Shown: positions 54,657-64,000 of the stretch, piece by piece
Layout of the letters: every line of letters starts with the position of its first letter
How positions within the stretch are numbered: position 1 is the first letter of the stretch
Assembly: GCF_963921235.1 (NCBI RefSeq)
Contig: NC_086097.1
Coordinates: forward strand, 66,528,001-66,592,000
DNA: 64,000 bases
Direction: 5' to 3'
Origin: Mobula hypostoma
Taxonomy: Eukaryota
Made by a program: the position numbers and the translations under genes
The notes under the pieces: generated by a model
Seen by the model: the letters and a program-made list of their open reading frames with translations, nothing else
What the model was told of the DNA's origin: nothing
Databases searched by the model: none

Positions 54657-54962
54657 CTGCCGACAATATATAGTATTTCTTGGAATGAATCAACATTTGA
54701 AGCAGGTGGTCAGGCTAACATGATGAGTTATAAAACCATTCTTGCTTCACTCTGAACTGTGATAGCTGTGGTGAAAGTTTCTCTCCGTATATTGGATAAG
54801 GGAAAAGGTGGAAAGAATTGAGCAGTCTAATTTGTTCACAGTGAACATGAATAAATGCAAAACTATTTTTTGGATCCATAGCTGAAAAGTACGCAGAAAA
54901 AAAATCATATAATTGTAGCTACAGTTGCAAAAGGAAGATAAAATTTTAGACTTGAGGACAAC
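54657..54962 (-). pseudogene. PKDREJ-like pseudogene exon (GAIN region)
   Basis: tttttcctgttgcag acceptor; LFPYPIYGEKLSPQLSQFRV (about 54748-54807) aligns ungapped to recalled PKDREJ LFPWLNDQENTSVEVSGFRM. Confidence 0.65.
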
Positions 54963-56451
54963 CTGCAACAGGAAAAATACTTAAAGCAACCACAATAGTC
55001 AGTCCTTTTTTATTGATTTTATTTGGGACTAATTTATGTCAATATATTACTTTTAATAGTGTTCTAATTCTAATCCAGTTCTTGCAGCAATTCTGTACGA
55101 TCTCTGCTGTCCAAAATGAAGCCACTTCGTAAATTTTACACCTCAAAGATTATAATAAGTGTCTTGGGTGTATTTCTGTTTATTGTGTAAATCCTGAAAT
55201 GATCTGAGTTGGAGGATCAGCCATGATCATAATAAATGGCGGTGCAGGCTCGGAGGGCCGAATGGCCTACTCCAGCACCTAGTTTTCTATGTCTCTATTT
55301 TCTATGATATTTACTTCAAGATGTTGTATTAATCCAATATACACTTGCCTTTCATCTCATTTGAAAGCTAGGTGAAGCCAGGAGAAATAATTTAGTCTTC
55401 ATTTAGAGACTCTAAATGAAGCCACAACGGCCACAGTATGCGAGACAATAAAATATTTAGTATCAACAGCATAAAACATTCAGTGGGACACCACTGAGAT
55501 GTATTTTGAGACCTTTTTTTGAAAACACATGCACGGGAAAGATTGTGTAATATATAAAATGGGTGACAGCTATTTGGCTGGTTGTTACGTACCTCACTTG
55601 ATTTTATATCTCCATTAGAATAAGTAAAAATTTCCTATCCAATGATTGCAAAGGATTGAGATGTTATGCCAGGGTTTTATTCCAGTTAAAAAAAAAATAC
55701 AGCATTTCCGAGTACAACAGACGGCAGATGCTGGAACCTGGAGCAACAACCAGCTGCTGGAAGAACTCAGCAGATCAGCCTGCATCAGTGGAGGGAAATG
55801 GACAATCAACCATTTCAAATCAAGACCCTTCATCTTGACTTCAGGTATCTTTCTGATTTCACAAGTCAAAAATGACCCCTTAAAATAAATGTTATCAACA
55901 TTAAAAGGGTACTAACTGTTTCACCCATTTTTCCAATTTATTATGACAACATCCATAACTTGAAAGTGGTAGAAGTCAACAACACCTGATGAAGTTGTAC
56001 TCCTCAAATGCAAGCAAAACAATGGCACATTTCTCTGGAAGAGAAAATAATTATGATTCGGGAGTGCAATCTGTAATTTCTAAAACTGACACAAAAGGTG
56101 GCAGTATTGCCAACAGTGAACAGAATATTAACAGATTGCATCACAATATCAAAAAGCTGATGGAAGCGACCAACACGAGGCTGAAAACATTTAATGCAAT
56201 TTGATGGGTTAAAAGAGAAGAGCTAATAGAATGCTTTTTTAAAAAGGTGGTTGAGAGAGACCTGGAGGTATTCGTGCACGAAGCATTGACAGTAGCAGGG
56301 TAGGTAGAGAAAGTGGTTAATAAGGTATACATTATTATATGGGGCTTTTTCAGCTGGGATAGCACATAAAAAGCAGGGAAGTTATAGTGACACTTTATGA
56401 TACATAGACTGGCCTTAAGTGCAATATTGTGTTTATTCTGGCCACATCATT

Positions 56452-57120
56452 TCAGAATCAGGTTTAATATCACTGATATATGTTGTAAAATTTGTTTACA
56501 TAAAACTACTGTAAGTTACAATAAGTCTATAAAGTGCAAAAAGAGAGCAAACTAGTGAGATAATATTCATGGACCAGAGGGGAAGAAGCACTGAGTGTGC
56601 ATCACCACGTCCTCGCCGCTGTAGCAACAAGGAAAGGGCATGCCCTGAAAGGTGAAGATCCTTAATGATGGATGCTGCCTAATTGAGACACCACATTTTG
56701 ACCATGACCTTGATGGTGGGGAAACTGGTGCCCATGGTGGAACTGGCTGGGTCTACAACCCTCTATTGCTCTATTCAGTCCAGTGCACTGGAGCTCCATA
56801 TCAGGTGGTGGTGCAGCCAGTTAGAATGCTCTCCACAGTACACTTGTAGGAATTTGCTAGAGTCTTTGGTGACATACCAAAACTCCTCAAACTCCTAATG
56901 AAGTGTCTTCATGATTGCATATCTGAGGACAGATCCTCTGAGATGATGACGCCCAGGAACTTGAAGCTGTTCACCTCTTCTACTGCTGACCACTCGATGA
57001 GGACTGGTGGGTGGATGTGTGTGTGTGTGTGTGCGTGTGCGTGCGTTCGTTCTTCCGACTTTCCCTTCTTGAAGTCGAAAATCAATTCCTTGGTCTTACT
57101 GATGTTGAGGGCAAGGTTGT
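56452..57120 (-). mobile_element. Rex1/Babar-like LINE fragment
   Basis: Similar to 11120-11965; contains a (GT)n run at 57016-57045. Confidence 0.7.
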
Positions 57121-57424
57121 TCAGGAGGGTGTGACAGTATTAGAAAGGGTCAGAAAAGAAAAGAGTAATGAGAATGGTTCCTTGGGATTAGACAACAGTT
57201 TCTAACTTACATTAGAAGTGATGCTTTCTTCAGAATAGAGCAGTATAATGAGAGATTTGTTAGGGGAAGGATCTGAATAGAGTGGACAGGGACAGTTCTT
57301 TGTAAAATAAGTCAAAAACTGCAGGCAAAGAGGGAGCAAAGTAAGAGTGATATTAAAAAATTGCAGCATGTTGATGGATTCTGAAATCCAATGCCCACAG
57401 ATGTAATGGAGTGAGAATTGGACA

Positions 57425-58014
57425 CACTCAGTGGCCACTTTATTAAGTATACTTGCTCATGAATGCAAATATCTATTCAGCAATCATGTAGCAGCTACTC
57501 AACGCATAAAAGACATGTAAGCATGGTCTAAAGCAGGGGTTCCCAACCTGGGTTCAAGGACCCCTTGGTTAATGGTAGGGGTCCATGGGACTAAAAAGGT
57601 TGACAGCTCGGTCTAGAGGTTCAGTTGTTGTTCAGACCAAACATTAGAACAGGGAGGAAATGTTTTATAAGTGACTTTAATTGTCAACTGATTGTTGATA
57701 CCATACAGGATGATTGGAGTATTTCAGAAACTTTTTCACACACAACAGTGTCAGGAGATAACAGAGAATGGTCTGAAAAAAAAAATCCAGTGATCAGCAG
57801 TTCTATGGGTGAAAATGCTTTTTTAAATGAGAGGTGAGAGATGAATGGCCAGAATGGTTCAGGCTGACAGGAAGGTGACAGTAACTCAAATAACCATGTG
57901 CTACAACAGGAGCATCACTGAATGTACAACATGCCAAACCTTGGAGGGTGAGCTACAGCAGCTGAAGAACACATTGTGTTCCACTCCTGCACTGAATAAA
58001 GTGGCCACTGTGTG
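57425..58014. mobile_element. Non-autonomous Tc1-like element
   Basis: Inverted termini cactcagtggccactttatt and aataaagtggccactgtgtg. Confidence 0.8.
57534..57610. mobile_element. Very short hAT-like MITE
   Basis: CAGGGGTTCCCAACCT start; 8-bp TSD gtctaaag/gtctagag. Confidence 0.6.
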
Positions 58015-58649
58015 TATATCCAATCACAGAGAAACATTTGCAAGCCAATGGAGTAGGGGCTGCTGGTTGAACTCACAAGTTACTCTGGTAAACATGAGCA
58101 AAGGAGACTCCTTCTTTGGGAGTTTTGGTGCACAAAGAAGCTGCTACTTTCATTATATTACAAACACCATATCTCAAACCTGTGTATCTAGCATTTTTGT
58201 AATCTCCCAAAGGGAAATTAATTGCCCCCTCAAATATTTCTGATGACATAGGGCTAGTCAGTTAGTTTATGGAAAGCCATGTTATACAAGAGCATATTTT
58301 GTATGCTAGCCCTAAAAGGGGAAAGGCACAAATGCAAATGTGTGCTTTGACTGCTTTCAATGGGAAAGATTCTTGTACCACCAGTGATAGTTTCAAGCGT
58401 TTAGTTACGAATTCAGTTAATGCCTCACCATTAGATATTTCACAAGCAATGGTTAGCCTGGAAGCAAGCATGGCACAGCCTCTGTGAAAAGCCAACTTCT
58501 ACAGGCAACAAACAAATGCTGGCCTTTGAAGACCGCAGGAACACACAGCTGCACCTTGAATCATTCTGTGGAATCTTTTATGTGCACTGACAACTGGTCT
58601 GCTGCTTAATGTTTAACTTAATTTGGAAGATTCCACCTTTTTTTACTCC

Positions 58650-59975
58650 AGTGGTTGGTAAATTGATGCAAAATATCCTGAGAGGCAGGATTTATGAACA
58701 CTTGGAGAGGCATAATATGATTAGGAAGTCAGCATGGCTTTGTCAAAGGCAGGTCGTGCCTTACAAGCTGATTGGATTTTTTGAGGATGTTACTAAACAC
58801 ATTAATGAAGGTAGAGCAGTAGATGATGTGTATATGGATTTCAGCAAGGCATTTGATAAAGTACCCCATGCAAGGCTTATTGAGAAAGTATGGAGGCATG
58901 GGATTCAAGGGGACCTTGCGTTGTGGATCCAGAATTGGCTTGTTCACAGAAGGCAAAGAGTGGCTGAGTACGGGTCATATTCTGCATGGAGGTTAGTGAC
59001 CAGTGGTGTGCCTCAGGAATCTGTTCTGGAACCCCTCCTGTTCGTGATTTTTATAAATGACCTGGATGAGGAAGTGGAGGGATGGGTTAGTAAATTTGCT
59101 GATGACACAAAGGTTGGGGGTTTTGTGGATAGTGTGGAGGGCTGTCAGAGGTTACAGCGGGACATCGATAGGATGCAAAACTGGGTTGAAAGGTGGCAGA
59201 TGGAGTTCAACCCAGATAAGTGTGAGGTGGTTCATTTTGGTAGGTCAAATATGATGGCAGAATATAGTATTAATGGCAAGACTCTTGGTAGTGTGGAGGA
59301 TCAAACGGATCTAGGGGGTCTGAGTCCATAGGAATCTCAAAGCTGCTGCTGTGGTTAAGAAGACATATAGTGCATTGGCTTTCATCAACCATAGGATTGA
59401 GTTTAACAGCCAAGAGGTAATGTTATAGCTATATAGGACCCTGGACAAACCCCACCTGGAGTACGGTGCTCAATTCTGGTCGCCTCACTACAGGAAAGAT
59501 GTAGAAACTATAGAAAGGGTACAGAAGAGATTTACAAAAATGTTGCCTGGATTGGAGAGCATGCCTTATGAGAATAGGTTGAGTGAAATCGGCCTTTTCT
59601 CCTTGGAGCAGCAGAGGATGAGAGGTGACCTGATAGAGGTGTATAAAATGATGAGAGGCATTGATCATGTGGATAGTCAGAGGCTTTTTCCCAGGGCTGA
59701 AATGGCAAACACAAGAGGGCACAGTTTTAAGGTGTTTGAAAGTAGGTGAAGAGGAGATGTCAGGGGTAAGTTTGTTTATTTGTTTGTTTTTACACACAGA
59801 GAGTGGTGAGTGCGTGGAATAGGCTGCCAACAATGGTCATGGAGGCAGATACGATAGGGTCTTTTAAGAGACTCCTGGAGCTTAGAAAAACAGAGGGCTA
59901 TGGGTAACCCTATGTGATTTCTAAAGTAAGTACATGTTTGGTACAGCTTTGTGGGCCAAAGGGCCTGTATTGTGC
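58650..59975 (+). mobile_element. CR1 LINE 3' fragment
   Basis: [21 protein letters not shown] and KFADDTK. Confidence 0.88.
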
Positions 59976-60413
59976 ATTCTGATATGCTGGTCCATGGCCT
60001 CCTCTTGTGCCAAGATGAGGCCACCCTCAGAGTGGAGGAGCAACACCTCATATTCTGTCTGGGTAGCCTTGATTTCTCTTTCTGGTGAAAAAATACCTTC
60101 CCCCTCCTCTCTTCCTCTATTCCTCATTTTGTCCTCTTACCTCTTCTCACCTCCCCCTGGGTCCCCTCCTCCTTTCCTTTTTCCCATGGTTTACTCTCCT
60201 GTCCTATCAGATTCCTTCCTCAACTGCCCTATACTTCTACCCACCTGGCTTCACCTATCACTTTTGAGCTGCTCTCCATCCCCTCCCCTGACCTTTTTGA
60301 TCTGGTGTCTCTCCCCTTCCTTTCTAGTCCTGAAGAAAGGTCTCGGCCCAAAATGTCGACTGCCTATTCGTGCTGACTGACCTGCTGAGTTCCTCCAGCA
60401 TTTTTTGTGTGTG
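59976..60413 (+). mobile_element. Older PLE 3' fragment with degenerate hammerhead (60326-60361)
   Basis: Homologous to the PLE 3' region. Confidence 0.75.
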
Positions 60414-60599
60414 ACTTTCTGCATTTCCTCAGGACATGCTGATGAGTGTGTACAAACGTTTGTACATTATGAGCTGATGCAAAGCACAAATCTACAACCT
60501 TTTGACTTAGCAGTAAAAATGTTATTCTGGCATATAACATAATCGGAATTTAAGACAGACTGCAATGTTTTATAGTCAGCTTCCACTGCACCCATTGCA

Positions 60600-61425
60600 T
60601 AGCTGACCCTAAAATTTCATGAAGCATTTAGATGGTAAATCAATGTCATATATTTAGTAATGAGACGTACTGGATGAATAATTAATTCATGTCTCTGCAA
60701 CTTTTTTGTCAGTTAAATAGAAACACATGTTGATTTTGTTTACTTGATGTAAACATGTTTTGTGGAAGTGGATTTGAATTGTGCATTGATTACTTGAAGG
60801 AAATGTAGGCCCATTATGAATGGAATGTCAAATAAGAAGTTAAACAACACTGATATAGTGAATGCATCATATACTTATTGTATTACAATATATCTTTGCA
60901 ATTGAATAATTTAAAATTCTAAAATTATATACATTATAGCATTAACTAGAAATAGTTAATAAAGCCTTCTAAATTGTCGACAAAAAGCATTAGCTCTGTG
61001 ATATAAGATTCTTGTAAAGAGCATCTTTTAATAATGGCAATTCTTATATTTGATGCTTGCATTCTAATACATGAAATTTGTACTGCTAACACTAAGGAAA
61101 TTAAAATAATTGATTTGACGCATTGATACCATGAGAACAAATCAGGCATCCTGGGGAACATATGCCAAAAAATTTGGGGAATCTGGAAAATATAGGCATT
61201 ACAGAATGAAAGTGGATTTCAAACAGTGGCTCACTGGTGTCTATTTAAAGATGACACCATTTAAAACCGCAGAGTGGTTCCAGCATCATCTTCAAGGTTT
61301 TATTGCTCACTGTTGGTAGCCTGTTCTAAAGCCAAGGACACTAATAGTGCTACCTGCAGTATTTTAATGGTCAGCTGATGTCATTCATTGTCCTCTGTCA
61401 TGATGACCTGTAGCTAACCTGGGAT
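60600..61425 (-). pseudogene. PKDREJ-like pseudogene exon (REJ C-terminal part)
   Basis: HQLTIKI..EDDAGTTLRF..PVSH..LHQVNKINM..LTDK versus recalled HVPLTYKI..ENTLGTILYL..PVG..LVEIGQVVM..LTQK. Confidence 0.55.
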
Positions 61426-61798
61426 ATTGTTCAAGGCATAAATTAAAATAAATAAAAAATGGAAATTAATATCAAATCTATCAATGAGTAAAAGAGAAAA
61501 AAGCTGGGGAGGTTTGCAGTCTTCTGCTGCATAAAGGGGTAGCAGTACCCGTGATTTGGGGGGGGGGGTCAGACTGTACTCCCTTGTTCCACTATTTAAG
61601 TTTCGTCTGCATTTTAGCACAAATTAGCATACAGAACTGCAGAATGCACATAGTTAGCAACCCCCGTGGCACAAAAATCTGCCCTCAATACTACTGGCTG
61701 TGTAGTGTTGTGAACTAGAAAAATGATAAACAAACAAGGATTCCTTTTTTTTTTGCCCCAGAGCTCCTTCCCACTATTTTCACAAGATGGAAACTTAC

Positions 61799-62614
61799 TG
61801 CAGCTTTTGGCACCGGTTGCTTAATATAAATTTCAATTTCACTCGGGCCCTGATGATGTTGTGGGAATTCAACATAAGTACATAAAAATGACCCTTTTGG
61901 CTTTGTACAGATGTACTTGCCATCTGCTCAGTTGATTGTGGTGCCTGCAGATCAGGTAAGTAACCTGTGTGATTTTAACTGTATCTGCCCAGAGTTGGGC
62001 AGATACAGTTGAAAATAACTTCTGAGGTTATTTTCACTGATTCAAAGCAATAAATGTTAGCTTCTGGGTTTCTTAAAGGCTAGAAGCGCTGGAAAGAATA
62101 CTTTTTATATCCAATGTACAGAATTAAGTTTTCCCTGAAGTAGTACTCAAAGGGCAACTGCTGTTTATAGCAGATTTTTTGCATCAGAGTTGTGCGCACC
62201 TCATGTTCAAATTGGATCCTAGAGCAATCACAGTGCCATTGAAACATGGGAGCAACACCATCCAATTTATGTTCAGACATATCTATGAGAAAGCTGTTTA
62301 ACAATGAATTACAAGTGGAAACAGCAACAGGAATAGAATGGTTTCTACCATGCTCATGAACAACATTAATCACATCAGTATAGAGACTAATATCAGGATT
62401 AATTTCTGTCTTGACTTCAAAACTCGCCAGGAAGTAAAGAGTAACATCAGCTAGGTGAAATAGCAAATTCTTATCTCCTTCCATGTAGATGAATAACTGG
62501 AATGATACAAAAGCAGATTAGCCTAGGGAACTCTGCTTGTCTCGTGTTCTGTATACAAACATGTAACATTGAAATTCTACTGAAGAGGTCCTAGCAATTA
62601 GCTTCAAGGTGGAC
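61799..62614 (-). pseudogene. PKDREJ-like pseudogene exon (REJ domain)
   Basis: Pyrimidine-rich acceptor and CA|gtaagt donor. VKTEINPD..FQWHC..KICYKQQ..YYFR..SFQRF*PLRNPEANIYCFE versus recalled ITTGNPK..FFWYC..KEVCHPEQ..YFFR..SDKRVHVLQGPKAIAHITCIE. In-frame stops present. Confidence 0.7.
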
Positions 62615-63349
62615 CTTGCACAGAAAAGGAAATAAATAAATGACATAACAATTTTTTTAAAAAAGGGCAGTATTTAGAAGACCTATACAGTATCAGTATT
62701 TCTCCTCTGATACTGGAGGATAGCCCAACAACTAAACCAACAAAGTGTATTTTAGTTAAGGAACTTACAGAGATTTCTCTTCTGTGTGTTTCTCCTCTTC
62801 AATCAGCCTGTTCAATGTAATAATTGAGATGTGGTGACAATTAGTCACATGGTTCAAGTCTTAAAGGGGTTCACACCCTCTGTTACCACCCCTTTTGAAT
62901 GCAGTAAGAGTAATTGTCTTCAGAGGGGACTTAGCAAAGTGCCCCATTGTTGAAAGGACAACTGTTGATCGTAAATTAACAGAAAAGCAAAACACCTGTA
63001 AGTGAAGTTGTGTGTCAGACTAAGAGAAGCCCTGGTTCTTATTCGAGAAATTCTGACAAAGGGCTATAAAATAAGGTAAAGGCATTCATTTTTTTCTATA
63101 TTGGCTTTATTTAATCTTTGTACAAGAAGTTCTAACTTTGCTATTGAAATTGTAGAAGAAGAAGCTTGGTGATGACGTGGAAATTGAAGGATTTAAGGAA
63201 AAAATAATGTTAAAATGCAAATATTAGAGTGGGCGAGACAAGGACACTCACTTAAAATGTTAAGAGTAATGATATAACACAATGGCAAAATCAGAATTTT
63301 TTAAAAATTCCATCAAATAAAGAGTGCTGAAAACCTAATGTGAGCACCT

Positions 63350-63900
63350 GTTGTCATGCTTATCCGTCCCTGTACTGGTGTAACTCAAAGCTGAACATCG
63401 GTGAGCAGCTTATAGTTAAGTGTGGATTGACAACAGCTTCCATCACTTTGCTGATAATTAAAAGTTAACAGATTGAGTAATGAGCTGCAATAGGATTTTT
63501 CTTGCTTTTTATAAAGATGATGCATCTGGACAATGCTGGGTAGATTCAAGTGTAACCACATTGGATTGCTTCTGGAGAAAACTCTTGGGCGCTACACCCA
63601 GGGTTTTGACCTCTTAGGCTTTGCTGTATACTGTGCTCTCAGCAACATATTGAGAGATTAGATTGATTTTAAAGACCAGCTTCTTTGGTGGGGATCTGAA
63701 GTACATGCTAATATGAATGTATGTATGCATCTCTTAATGTCGTCACTACTATTCGCCCGCTGGATCCTGCCATCAATGAGAATGAAATATTTATTATGCC
63801 TTTTGCTCATGTAAAATGTTTAATTGTCTACCACCATTCTTCAGTACATACAGCAGGACTAGTGAGATTCAGTCTAATTGGTTGTGAGATTGTTTAGTTC
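63350..63900 (-). mobile_element. Ancient LINE RT remnant
   Basis: KKQEKS..ISKVMEAVVN..LLTDVQ on the - strand. Confidence 0.5.
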
Positions 63901-64000
63901 TTTAGGGCTGCTCCAAGCTTCTCTTCAAATGCTGCATTGAAGTGCAAGATTACTAATATTTCATTAGGTAGTTTTGGACAAAACCTGCTGGTGGAAGAAA

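Noticed and set aside
60735..60760. Paired forkhead-like motifs (TGTTTAC, GTAAACA) as an enhancer
   Set aside because: Short motifs in AT-rich DNA that overlap the pseudogene fragment; no conservation evidence is available.
62080..62484. 134-aa ORF as a functional novel gene
   Set aside because: The homology-like signal continues past in-frame stops on both sides, so it is better explained as a pseudo-exon.

Overview
This is vertebrate genomic DNA, most likely from a cartilaginous fish (ray or shark), judged from HE1/V-SINE-like SINEs, abundant CR1 and Rex/Babar LINEs and Penelope-like elements. Most of the window is nested transposable elements. Host genes: (1) the last two coding exons of TTC6 on the + strand (31138-31363 and 33058-33185). 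(2) A heavily decayed, TE-interrupted PKDREJ-like (polycystin-1 family) gene on the - strand, about 36.6-62.6 kb, convergent with TTC6. Its REJ, GAIN, TM and channel-domain fragments are collinear and it appears to keep at least one GT-AG intron. This call rests on motif matches to my recollection of human PKDREJ and needs tblastn. The most unusual mobile-DNA feature is a young GIY-YIG Penelope-like element (PLE) family carrying a minimal type I hammerhead ribozyme. It forms head-to-head palindromic insertions with target-site duplications (TSDs), a 97-bp insertion that is little more than the ribozyme, and a chimeric insertion in which PLE termini and a 14-bp TSD enclose the 3' end of an R2-type retrotransposon outside rDNA. 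Also present: a 16.5-kb BEL/Pao element with many nested insertions, a full-length decayed L1, Gypsy, Tc1, Chapaev3-like elements and solo LTRs. Coordinates of decayed elements are approximate.
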